A stretch of 64,000 nucleotides of DNA, from positions 62,001 to 126,000 of the forward strand of contig NW_019028998.1 in assembly GCF_002105155.1 (NCBI RefSeq), written 5' to 3'. Positions within the stretch are counted from its first letter, which is position 1. Each line of letters starts with the position of its first letter. Source of the stretch: Lobosporangium transversale. Its lineage: Eukaryota. The notes beneath the pieces are model-generated. The model saw only the letters and a list, made by a program, of their open reading frames with translations, ran no database searches and had not been told where the DNA came from. Positions 40,819-52,769 of this stretch are shown here, one piece after another. Both the position numbers and the translations under genes were made by a program.

Positions 40819-41135
40819 ATACCGATTTAGGCTTACCACTTTTTTTCATCCTTGCTGTTACATTTTTTTTTTCCTCTATTTGTAATCCTTCCTTATCTTA
40901 CTTTCTTTCATGGTTAATGGATAAACATGGTTTCAACATAACCAGTAACGACTTGACACGATTCTGACGAATAAAGTATACATATTTTCGTATACTGCGG
41001 TTCTTTGTTTTTTCTAGTTGTACAGTATCGTATACACCGTCTATTTTTGAATAATAAAAGGCAAATTGGAGTTTTACATGAAACAACTATCAAGATGCAT
41101 TAATTCCTACATATTTTTGAAGGCGCTCCTAACGC

Positions 41136-42043
41136 CTATGAACTTGTTGGCTTGAACTTGTTGGGCCTCGTTTGTGTAGTTATATGGAACAGGCACACAC
41201 GCGCAATGTCCTCGGATCCAACCATGTCACGATCACAATATATCTGACAGCTTCGACAATACTTGGACCTGTTGACATGACTTTCTAGGAATGCGTTGCA
41301 GTTGGGGCGGGACATTTAGCATTGGTGTAATACCCATGAACGCTAAGAACTTCCCATCCAAGGGACCTCGCCTGTTTGAGGAAAAAGTAAATAAATAAAT
41401 ATAAATAGAACAGAGAATAGAGTGACCAAAGTTTCTTTCTTTTTTTTTTTCCGATGCTTACTCTAGTTATGAATCGCTTTTCGAACTCGGAATGCTTCAA
41501 GGGTATCCAGTTTGTGTGTCGAAAGAACCAAGACCGATTGCGAAAACTGCAAGGTTGGAGGAATCCATATTCATCCCGTTGTTCCCTCCAACAAATTGAA
41601 GGATTGAATCAATCTCATAGTCGTATGCAGCTTTCTGAGCTTTTCTCGAGTCCCTAGTTTTTCGGAGATGCCACTTACTGAGATAAAAAGACTGGAGTCT
41701 TTTCCCCTCTCCTTCCCTGTACAGGTACTCTAAGTACGAATTGATCCCTGAAAGCGTCATGGGCGGCAGCACTGACTCGATCAGATCGATACCGAATTGG
41801 GCCTTTCTCTCTTCAAGCAAGTGATGGCACTTGATATAAGGCCCGTACAAGAACGATCGATGGATGGTGGTGAAGCGACGGACTTGGGGCTCCCCTGGGT
41901 TCAGAGCTGTTACAACCAGATAGGTAGACGTATGTAGACCCGTGTTTACTTTTTGGGAAGTCTGCAAACATTCCTGTTTGACTATTTTTCTCGAAAAAGT
42001 AATCAATCGGGTTTCTGTTTCCTGGCTGCTCAGTCTCGGAGAA
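41136..42043 (-). pseudogene. Decayed Fanzor (eukaryotic TnpB-like RuvC nuclease) with a spliceosomal intron
   Basis: After removing intron 41372-41461 and correcting two 1-nt frameshifts: AVFAIGLGSFDTQTG..KHSEFEKRFITR|ARSLGWEVLSVHGYYTNAKCP..NC..RSKYCRSC..CDRDMVGSEDIA..QTRP. This is the RuvC-II, Zn-finger, RuvC-III layout of TnpB/Fanzor. Confidence 0.8.
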
Positions 42044-42075
42044 CTGTTTGAGTTACATCCAATTGAAACAAACAA

Positions 42076-42111
<36 letters not shown>

Positions 42112-43170
42112 GCTGTGATGCAAAAGGCGTTTCTACATGTACGTACAGAAAGCAAAGAGACGCTTCAGCTGTTTGTTCAATAGCCTAGTGCATGTTCGTG
42201 TACACCACACAACTGACAGTGATTGACGAGCAAAAAAGGAAAGAAATTCTTGCCCCATTCTATGAAACAATAAAAAAAAACGCGATACAAGATAGTATGT
42301 GCAAACAACAAAGAAGCACGTCAACTGTTTGATCAGTATCCTTCTCCTGTTTGCTCACATACAATTTTTTTTTTTTTTTTTTTTTTTTTTCACTCTTGGC
42401 GTGCTTGTGTATAAAACTAGGAATCCGGCGCCAGGAAAAAAAAAATACCTCGCATGATTGGTGTCAAATCTGAAAACAGCAATAATGCACATGTCATGCA
42501 TGAAAGATAAGGCCTTTAGTACTATGGCTATTGTTATGTTCAACTCATGCGGCCTCTCCGGGATCAACTTGTGATCACAACTGCTACTTGGGCGCATGAA
42601 CTCTATTGACAAATTGACGTGAATCTATCGATCATGTTCTGCTGCCAAGGACTTGAAAAGAAAAGAAATACAAACCCCTTCTTCCTTGCTCCAATAACCC
42701 CTCCCATCCTTTCGATACATTCTTTCGCTGTATATATCCATTACATCTGAACCAAAGTTTCGAGACAATGCCCATGGGTTGCTGGATTTCAAGCCATTTA
42801 TAATGGCAAATTTACCCTTTTTACGGACGAGAGGATAGAATTTTTTATGCCTTGAGTGTTGAGGAACATGGCAATGTTTTAACCTGATTGAGATAAACAT
42901 ACTATGTAATACAAACTAAGGTTCAATAGGACAAAGAGAGGGACCTTTAATTTCAGGACAGACGACATCTTATACATATACTAATAAGATATCGTCTTCT
43001 AAGTCATCGTATAGACGTACGCTATGTTTGTGTCTTTATGGTGCAAAGAAACTGAAATTTGAAATTTCATACGCGTTCTTTTTTTTTTTTTTTTTTAGTG
43101 GCAGTGTTGATATATGATACAATTAATAGTTTTCTAAATTGTTCAAGAGCCCGTCTATGCATCCCAAAGA

Positions 43171-43204
<34 letters not shown>

Positions 43205-43977
43205 AAACACGAGCCGGTGGCGCAAAGGCCAAGATTCTAGTATTATACTTCTTTAGGCTAAATCACTTTGTTTATCCCTTGAGCCGTAAAACGGGAAATA
43301 TTTGCCCATTTGGCTTTCAATCCATGGCAGATCAGACCCAGTTCTCTGTGCTTTCTACTGGGATAAATTATCCGTCTTTGCATGCCAAGGAATAAAGAAA
43401 GCAGTAAAAATCAATCGGCAAAAAAAATTAGCATTTGTCAAGCTAAATAATCACAATGCACTATGTCTACCATTCACTTGCCTCGACTTCTTTGCACATC
43501 TGGCAACCTTTACCGTGTATTCATTTCTTGTTGATAGTCATGGCTGGATTTAGCAAATGTAGATTAGAGAAGAGCTGTAAACAATACTCAAAATAAAAAA
43601 TAAAAACTTGTTTGTTTCTCTGTTGAAAATCTGATGAGTGTGTGTTTTTTTTTAAAAAATGTGATCCTTTTGTTTCGAGTTGCATTGCCGAAATATAAAA
43701 AAGCGGCCCCATTTGAAAGTAAATTTGTGGCGAGCATGAAGTAGGGTGTTGATCTGATCAGATCGCTTTTTAGAGCGCGCTCGGCGCGTGTAACTGAATT
43801 TTTTTTTTTTTTTTTACTTTTCAGTTAAATGCAGTGAATGACATGTGCCTGAATTCCAGTTTGTGTCTGCTTCTTTGTCTCTATGTCTGTACGTAAAACT
43901 ATGAAACATTTTGCCTATTAATCATTTGTATTGGAATTGTGTACAGTCTACTCAAAAACTGATACTATAGGGGTCTA

Positions 43978-44373
43978 TTAGGAGGAGCTGCTCCTAATAC
44001 CACCCCATTCAAGTACCCTGCCCCAGCTTCTCCTTTTGGTCTTCTCTTGTGTGGTTGGTGCTGCCACAGGAGCTGTCATCAGTCTAAGAAAAGAAAAAAA
44101 GAAAAAAAAAAAGACCAATGGCAGCTATTAGTATTTTTGATCAACAAATGGGCTTTTATACCAGAAGATTTTTCTTACTTTTCTAGCATCCGTGTAACAT
44201 CGTCCGCCTTGACTTGAGCATAGTGGCGACTACGAATGGCTGGGTCCATGTATTCTTCAGTGTTCTCTAATAACAACAAGTTGATCAACTATTTTTTTTT
44301 TTTTTTTTTTTTTTTTTTATTGTTATTATTATTATAACTTAATAGAGGGGATTCCAAAGGTAATGCAAGCTTA

Positions 44374-44412
<39 letters not shown>

Positions 44413-44594
44413 CAGTAGCACTATGTTAGTTTAATTGACAAAGGAATTTACCTGTCTTAGAGGTTGAAATGCTTGAGCAACGCTGGGATTATCCAAAGTC
44501 GCCACAAAGTCTTCAAGATATCGAATATCTTTGTCAAATATTGCGACAAAGTTTTGGTTGATATGCTTGACATTTGGATCCGTGAAAATGCGCT

Positions 44595-44629
<35 letters not shown>

Positions 44630-46331
44630 GCAACAAACAAAAAAACAGAGTAAATAAGCCAACAACCAGACAACACCGAACCCCAAACAAGAATTTTTAA
44701 CGATTTTCCATCCCGTCCCTTGGGAAAAGAGAGAAGAATTATGTATGGGTATGGGACCTACATGCAATTGGGAGGCAAGATGTTCCAATGCATCGTAATA
44801 GACAAATGTCCTAATGGAGTCGGGCAAATTCTGTAGAGTTGCACTCATAACCACCGACAAGAATGAAACTAATTCTTGCAGATAAGTGCTGTGAAGATCT
44901 TCAATACTGGATGGGAGCCTAGTTCGAGAAAACGATGGGTGATATGATGGAATATTCAATAAGAAGGTTCATGAAAAGATGTTTATATATATAAAAGCGC
45001 GAGATATTTACCAGTCATATTCAGCAAGCTCAAGAATATCATCAATCTTGGAGTTGACAAGCTCGGAGATGCGTTTCTCAGCACTCCTCCTAGTTTCTCT
45101 GAACAAGCTTGTTGCTTGGAGCGATATCTTGGAGTTATCGGACGTTGATCTATATGAAAGATATAAAAGTACCAACATAATTAGTATACCATCGAAGTCA
45201 ATGACATTGTGGGGAACTATCTCGAAAGCGTACCTCATTTCACTCAGTAACTGCTCAAAATCACCACATGCGCCCTGGAAATACTCCAAGTTAATAATAA
45301 TCTGAGAAATCTGAGAAAGGTTGCGAGATTCGAGCTTCTTTAGCCATACAGAATGGACATGCTGGGTAAGTAGTGTATCTAAGCTCTAAAGCAAATAAAC
45401 ATCGGAGCGAAATAGGAAAAAAAAAAAAAAAAAAAAAATACAAAAGCGTTAAGAACAGAGCAATAGACATAATTCTTTGTAATAAACTTACGAATGTGGG
45501 AAGGTTCCTATAATATTTACATCTTTGACGAGGTCGTCCATCTCATTTTGTTCCTGATTAAACCCCTCCACAAAACGGTAGAACTGACTGACAAACTGTC
45601 GAATATCTTCGCAGCAATAAGGAACAACTTTAGAGAAGGGAACCCTTCTCGGGAATCTTTTTTTTAAGGAAAAAGAAGAAAAAAAAACACGGCCTTGCGT
45701 TAGTCATATAAGAAAAAAAAAAATTCTGCCATGCTATTTTTTTTTAACAGCATACCCTTGTCTTGATGATTTGCGGTCTTCCTTGAAGCGAAATGACATT
45801 TGCAGTAGATTGTACTCGTCCTGATTCTCGACAAGCATAGGAGTGTAGTCATCCTCATCCACAAGCTGGTAAGGGAAAGAAGTAAAGTAAATAAAGGAAT
45901 GGTAGGTTAATAATGTACTGTTTTCAAACTATGAGGGAACGAAGCACATGAAGCAAGGGGTGGCTGGCTACCTTTTGGAAATTGGCACTGAACTTGGCCT
46001 CCAGTTGGTCGGTGTATGTATGGAATAATGTCAGAAGAAGGTCATTGAGCTTGGCTACGGGATAATTGTAGGACTAAATTAAGCAGCGTTAAGCAATAGA
46101 CTGACAAGAAGAGTAATCTTGGAAATGATGCACCTTACAATAAAAGATCACTAGACCTTGCTTACCTCCATAGTCTGAATGTATAACATCAAAAGCAACT
46201 TGATATTCAAAAACATATCTGGATCCCGACAGTTGGCAAGTCCTTCTGATAATAATCGGAGCAAAAGACTTGTCACCATATCACACAATTCGTCTAGCTA
46301 TAATTGATCATAATCAAACTTGGTTAATCCC

Positions 46332-46364
<33 letters not shown>

Positions 46365-48053
46365 AAGAGCTAATGGTCAATGATCCATTTTTTTTTTTTT
46401 TTTTTTTTTTTTTGGAGTACTTCTACTTACCTGGCTTTGTGTCCGAAAGTTCGTAGTTGAGTAGAGGATGATGTGTTCCACAATGAAGAAACCAACAATG
46501 TCCTGCAGTAATGACTCGAATTGGTCTGTGCTACGGTCTTTGACATTAAATGTAGTCATAGAGGATAGCGTTAACTTTGCTTGTGCACGTCGATCTTCTG
46601 CATAGCTCGCCCTCAGCTCCGAACGTTGACCGAGTTCGTCGTAAATATGGAGGCATTGGTACAATGACTTAAAATCAATATTGACCTGGTCTGCATCCAG
46701 AATATCGACTGTATGTTGAAAAAATAAAAAGAGGAAAGTTAACCTCCCATTTCCCGTGTTTCCATTTCGAGAAAGATCTCCATCGAAATTGCGGGTTTGG
46801 CCTCTGCTCCTCACCTTCATTCTCTTCATTGACAGCAACCTCTACGGCAGAATTGACGTTGTGAGATGTTTTTAACCTAAATCCTTTGCTGGATCTGTCG
46901 CGCCACCGCTGCTGTCTCGCCGCCATTCGATCCATAACTAGCTTTCCCATCGTCTTTTGATTCGTACGAATACTAAACATCATCATGAAAGAAGGAAAGA
47001 GTGAGAGAGAGATAAAGAGAAAAAAAGTGATCAGACAGTTAGGTCTAGGGATCTTAGCATAAAATGTCGGCTTGTTGTATAAGGTACTCTACCTGAATAA
47101 CCATTCTTTCATCTCAGTGGTTACTGCATCCTTGATCGCGTGTTTTAAAATCGGGATGCAGTCCTCTATCTCAATAAGAATGAGGGTCTCAAAGAACACA
47201 ATCAGTTTCTATATCCTGTCGTCGTCCTTATACTCATCATTTGAGACAAGACGACGAGGTTACTCACGCATATGTCTTGCAAACTCAAACTGGATAACGC
47301 TTCGAAGATGCACCACCTGAATCTCATCCACAATCTTTTTTTTTTTTTTATCCAGGGAAAAAAAAAAAGAAAAAAAAGAAAACGAGCTCTATTCCATTAG
47401 TACTTTGTGATATTTGTATACGCCAATCGAGGCTATTCAATTGTTAATAGGGCCATGAAAAGATGGGACGTAAAGTTGGAGCTTACCCTGAGTGCTGAGT
47501 AATATTTCCTGTTCTCGACTTGCACATTGACTCTGTTTGCGAGGTCTAAAAAGTGAACACAGGTTTTCAGGGTCTCTGTTGCTGTTGCAATGTTTTCCAA
47601 AATACGTTTCGACTCAATTAATTCGCGTTTCTGAATTGATAAAAAAAAAAAAGATCCATCCGCCTCGGTTAGAAAGTTGGTGTGTAAACGTGTGATAAAA
47701 GTATAGATGTCGTATGATTATGTCAAATGCGTCTTAACCTTTTCTGTCAATTCCAATCCAGCACGCTGAACATCGCTATTGAGGGTATGAATCTTATCCT
47801 TGAGATCGACGGTTCCTTGGCGCACTTTCAATAGGCGATCGACGGACTGGACAAACTCTTCATAATTGGAATTGCACATCTTTTCAATCTCCATCTCTTT
47901 GCGGCGAATGAAAGAGCTTAGTTGGTCCAAAAAGGGTTTCATTTTGTTGTTGCGATAGACTTCCTTCATGGTAGGCCCCAGATGCTCCAGGTTTTCCGCA
48001 TCGTTGGTTGCATCTGAGACCAGCACAAGCTGTTGAATGTCAAACTCAGCCAT
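43978..48053 (-). CDS. SEC15: Exocyst complex component Sec15
   Basis: ENLEHLGPTMK..EIEKMCNSNYEEFVQSVDRLLKVR, IDFKSLYQCLHIY, IVGFFIVEH, SKIDDILELAEYDW. Many short exons. Confidence 0.93.
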
Positions 48054-50561
48054 AGTGATGCGGTTATATTGAAGTCTGAGCCGAGTGTTCTAGTTTAAAT
48101 GATGTCGCTACTGCTGTAGATGCTCCTGAATGGTTTTTGCTAAGGGATACAATTGTCGATGGGAGCAAATGAAGCAGGTCTTTCCGTTTTTTGGATGGTC
48201 GGTCATGTTATTAAAATGTAACATGCAGATTTGCAGAAGTCTCTCTTCCCAGCATCGAACTACAGTCACAATGGCGCGTGAAATAGTTTAATATCTTGAG
48301 CAACTTTAATGTCAATGCTTCGCTTCATGAAATAGACGTAGGATTTGTCCATAACCTAGTGATAAGATGAACGCGCTTCAGTTTACATCCAATGCCTTCC
48401 GACTTGCGATCTCAAGGGAGAACTCCCGTGAGTCCTATCGTCACGTATCGAACAAGAATCTGATGATGAACAGGAAGATATATACTGTGAAGGTCGCTGA
48501 TGAGTTCGTCAACAGAAGTGTTCAGGTCAGCTTCTTGCTAGCGCTCCTCTATTACATCTACAGCTGCAGGTTTTTGTTACCTCTGATGCCTTACTTGTTG
48601 GGACAGCTCTTATCATTAGGGGAGTCGAGGTCATTAGCCAAAGAAATCAAGGAGATCACAATCAATTGAGCCATGCCGAGCCATAAGGGCTGTTTCAATC
48701 ATTTTACTAAATCGAATGCAATGTCTGCAAGATCTGTCCCTCGATATACTTTCTGAATCATTTGCAAAGCCGTTCAGACCTGCTTCAAGGGAGAGCTTTA
48801 ATAGCCTCGAATATATTGATCTACCATTGTTAGTATGCTAATAGCAATTCCGAGACAACCCAAAATAAAATAAAATATAAAAAATAAGGAGGCAAAAAGA
48901 AAGCTAGAACACTTTTTGCCTCGCAAGTCTTTATCAGTATCGGCTGCATCTCTGCTCTCTCTTCTCTTCTTAATTCCCTGTTGCAGGAAAGACGAAAAAA
49001 GGAGTTGCATTGCATATATCGAGTAAAACTGAAGGCTACAGCAGCCAAGTTATCAACCATAGAACCAATAAAGTACGTTATACTACTCTACTGACTGTGA
49101 ACTGATCAGTCTAAATCTGGTACAAAGCAAAGCCCCTTGGGTAAGGTGTTCGGTCCACAGAGATTTGCATGTTATTATTCCACCAAAATAACTGTCGAAA
49201 GGAGATGTGTTTAAGAAATGAGTCGCGCCAATAACACCAACCGCGAACACAATCTCACAAGAACTACTTATATGCTTTGTATACATTGTACATGTGTATA
49301 TATTATAGATATTATAACCTAGCATGTAAAAAAAAAAAACCCCCAGGAAAAAAATGAGCAAAGATCAGGGTATAAGCACGCCATGAGAGCTCTACAAGTT
49401 CTAAAGTTCTAAAGTTCTATACAGGTAGGTGGAGCATTATCTTTTTTCCTAATCTTTCAAAATTCTGAAAAGGTGGACAAATCGCGCCAGATGCGCCCAA
49501 ATTTTTTTTTCTTTATTTGGTGAGAAAAGATCATGCATGGGAACATGGAAAGAAAGGATGGTTAAAACGAGGTAGGTCCTTATTACATCCATGCACAAAC
49601 GCGCATTTGAACAAAGAAGATTAGATTGGCTCTCTCGAGAAAATTTGGTTTTGATAACATGTCCACATGGACACACATGTACAGAACAAAGGAATGTTGC
49701 GTCAAGATACAGATAAGACAAAAGCATGTTATATAGATAACAACGTTGGGTAAGTGTAATGTTGGCAAGTTGAGTCCATAAAGTCAAATTTCCATGGTCC
49801 AAACTGCATTGGTTGCGGATGTTTAATGTGGCGCAAGATGCAAGGTGTATAGAGTTAAGGTTTAGAAAGACGGTTAGGTCTGCGGCTAAATTCGTGTCCA
49901 ATTGCCAATTGGATCCGATTATTCGTGTTCCGACATTGAAGCCGGAAGCAATGATGTGATGACTCTCTGTCATCCTTGACTTTATTTTATTACCAAAAAC
50001 ATGGATACATGATCAGGATATGAATATATACAAATATATAATGTTAAATAGGCATGTTGATCTGTATTTAAACCCCATCTTGCTCCGTCTCCACTATTTC
50101 CCTTTCAGTCCCTGCTTCATCCTTTTCCTTCATCCTTTTCCCTTTCCCTTTCCCTTTCTTTTTTCCTTTTTCCTTTTTCCTTTTTCTCTTCATTCTTGCT
50201 TCCCTTATTTTGTCTATCTTTGTCTTTGTGCATTCATTCATCTTTTTCACAATCAACATTCTATTTCATTCTTACATTCTTTCCTTTGTTGCATCTCTAA
50301 CTGTCAAACTCTGTAGACCTTTTGGGCTTATACCCCAGACAGGAGCAACAATAGCCTTTTATTCTCTCTTTCTCCATCCTACGACAAACAACCTTTCCTT
50401 TGATTTTTTTTTTTTTTTTTTTTTTTTGTATCAAACACAGTTGCCTTTACCTAAAGAGAAAAAAAAAAAAAAAAAAAAAAAAAAAGACCTTTTCAACATC
50501 ATCACCGTCAAATTCTTGCAGTATACCTGCATCTGTTTCTAAACAAGAGTATTCAGAGACC

Positions 50562-52169
50562 ATGGACGTTATTTCAACCACTAGTTCGGCCGCTCCTGCT
50601 CCTGCATCAACCGATCTAAAACATCAGCAACCACCTCAACACTCCTTCAATCTTAAACAAGAATACTATGACGAAAATCTCAAACAGGAATACTATGAAG
50701 ACTCTCTACAACATTCACAACAACAACAACCACAGCCACAATATGATACCGATCAAGTCATTAAAAAAGTGCCAGCGTCAATCGAGGCAGAATCTATCTG
50801 TTCAGAACCAATCCCAGAAGCAGTACAGACAGAAGAACCAGGATCAACACCAGCAGGAACAACAGAGACGAATAAAAAAAAAGTCTCTTGGAAGACCAAG
50901 GCCTGGGATCTGTGGATGAAGAATTGGTTTCTTCTCGGACTAGTGGTTGTCATCATCCTTGCACGATACTTCCCAGGATGGGGTAGGACAGGTGGCCCCC
51001 TTCGTCCAGAGTACTCGGTCAAATACGGTATCACTGCATGTATCTTCTTACTCTCCGGTCTGTCACTCAAGACCAAAGATCTACTCACATCTGCTATGAA
51101 TTACCGCGCCCATCTGTTAATCCAATTGACCTCCTTCATTGCCATTCCCTTGGTGGTCAAGGCCATCACTGCCTTGGTCGGCCTATCGAGCTTCAATGTT
51201 ACTCTACTGGCCGGTATGGCCGTCACCTCCGCAACTCCCACCACAATCTCCTCAAATGTCGTCATGACCGCCAACGCCAATGGGAATGAGTCCTTGGCGT
51301 TGTTTAATGCAGCTCTAGGCAACTTGTTGGGCGTCTTTATTTCCCCGCTGATCGTCCTGGCACTCTTACATTCCACCGAACAAACACCCTCCGGAAGACA
51401 TGGACTGGATTACGCGACTATCTTGAGAGACCTTGGAACCACCATCTTGGTGCCTATCCTTGTTGGCCAAGTCTATCTGTACTTCTTTCCTAAAACCATC
51501 GTTTGGGCCAAGAAGAAGGTTCATTTCCCCACGTTGAACAGTTCATGTCTATTGATCTTGGTCTGGACCGTCTTCTGTGATGCATTCTACAACAACACCT
51601 TTGCATCCGTTACTGCAGGTGAAATCATTGCCATTGGAGCTCTACAAGCATTCATTTTCTGGATCATGACATTCTTTTTAGGGTTCGTAGCCCGTGTACG
51701 ACCTGCAAAGTTGCGGATTCTAAAAATTATGGATCTTAATCAACAGGCCAAGGATCAGCAAGAAGCTGAATTAGAAGAAGGTCAGGAACAGGATGACGAA
51801 TGGGCGGAGAAGGATTATTCTCATATTACACAGGGACTTTCTTTGCCCCGAACCGCGGCTCAAAAGTTTGCAGAACCCATATCGAAAGAAGATACGATTG
51901 CAATCATGTTCTGTGGTGCCACCAAATCTGTGGCAATGGGCATCCCGATGATCAAGATCCTTTACTCTAGTAGTACAGGCTCTGCACTGGCAGGTCTTTT
52001 GGCCACACCCTTGCTTATCTACCATGTGGAACAATTGTTCAGTGGCGCCTTCATGGTCGATTGGTTGAAAAAATGGGTCGGTCGTGGTGAGGAAACATTA
52101 GAGTCATTCGAGAAGAAGCCAAAAACAAAGACAAAGAAAGATAATACGGTCTCCGGTATTGGAGCCTAA
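50562..52169 (+). CDS. Sodium/bile-acid cotransporter-like (SBF-like, SLC10A7/RCH1 type), intronless
   Basis: NWFLLGL, IFLLSGLSL, PTTISSNVVMT..ANGNESLALFNAALGNLLGVFISP, AIMFCGATKS.AMGIPM, PLLIYHVEQL. Confidence 0.9.
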   Translation: MDVISTTSSAAPAPASTDLKHQQPPQHSFNLKQEYYDENLKQEYYEDSLQHSQQQQPQPQYDTDQVIKKVPASIEAESICSEPIPEAVQTEEPGSTPAGTTETNKKKVSWKTKAWDLWMKNWFLLGLVVVIILARYFPGWGRTGGPLRPEYSVKYGITACIFLLSGLSLKTKDLLTSAMNYRAHLLIQLTSFIAIPLVVKAITALVGLSSFNVTLLAGMAVTSATPTTISSNVVMTANANGNESLALFNAALGNLLGVFISPLIVLALLHSTEQTPSGRHGLDYATILRDLGTTILVPILVGQVYLYFFPKTIVWAKKKVHFPTLNSSCLLILVWTVFCDAFYNNTFASVTAGEIIAIGALQAFIFWIMTFFLGFVARVRPAKLRILKIMDLNQQAKDQQEAELEEGQEQDDEWAEKDYSHITQGLSLPRTAAQKFAEPISKEDTIAIMFCGATKSVAMGIPMIKILYSSSTGSALAGLLATPLLIYHVEQLFSGAFMVDWLKKWVGRGEETLESFEKKPKTKTKKDNTVSGIGA

Positions 52170-52222
52170 CAGTCATAATAGAATGATTTGTAGGCCTCAG
52201 TGGTAGGAACGGAAGCAAGAAC

Positions 52223-52255
<33 letters not shown>

Positions 52256-52769
52256 GAAATAACCTCCTTATCATCAGTACTTAATAGACACTAATAGCTA
52301 ATATCTCTGTAGACCATTCATTACATTATATTATATTATACTCATAACTGTTTATGAAGCAACTATGCAAAATGTATTTACAAGCCTCTCTTCGTTCCTC
52401 CAAAACATTCATAAATGCTATACAAGCTGATGTACATGTACATGAACGTAAATACATGCCTTTGCATTGCGTTGTTTCCTTTTATTTTCCCACGCTTGAA
52501 ACGTTGGACGATGAACGAAATATCTTGTTTTACTTTGCTGCTTCTGCAAAATATTTCATTTCTTGTAACCTTGTAGTCGGCGATGATAAAACAAGTAATA
52601 AGATCAAGTATATTGATTACTATTTCAAGCATAGAAAGAGAAAGAGGAAGAGAAGAGAATGTATTATTACATTCAGATATAGATGTGTGGAAAATATAAA
52701 TAAAAACAAAATAACAAGGAAAAATATACATAGGCTATCTAACAGTGTCTACAAGATTCAGCAAAGGGT

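Noticed and set aside
43209..43330. tRNA-like start GAGCCGGTGGCGCAAAGG (A-box-like)
   Set aside because: No convincing B box, T arm or acceptor stem, so a tRNA or SINE cannot be supported.
48300..48800. ORF 48367-48669 and coding-like minus-strand sequence
   Set aside because: No recognisable motifs and many stops; at most an unidentifiable relic.
50562..52169. Intronless SBF-like gene as a horizontal transfer or retrogene
   Set aside because: The sequence looks like the ordinary eukaryotic SLC10A7/RCH1 type, and long exons occur in neighbouring genes too.
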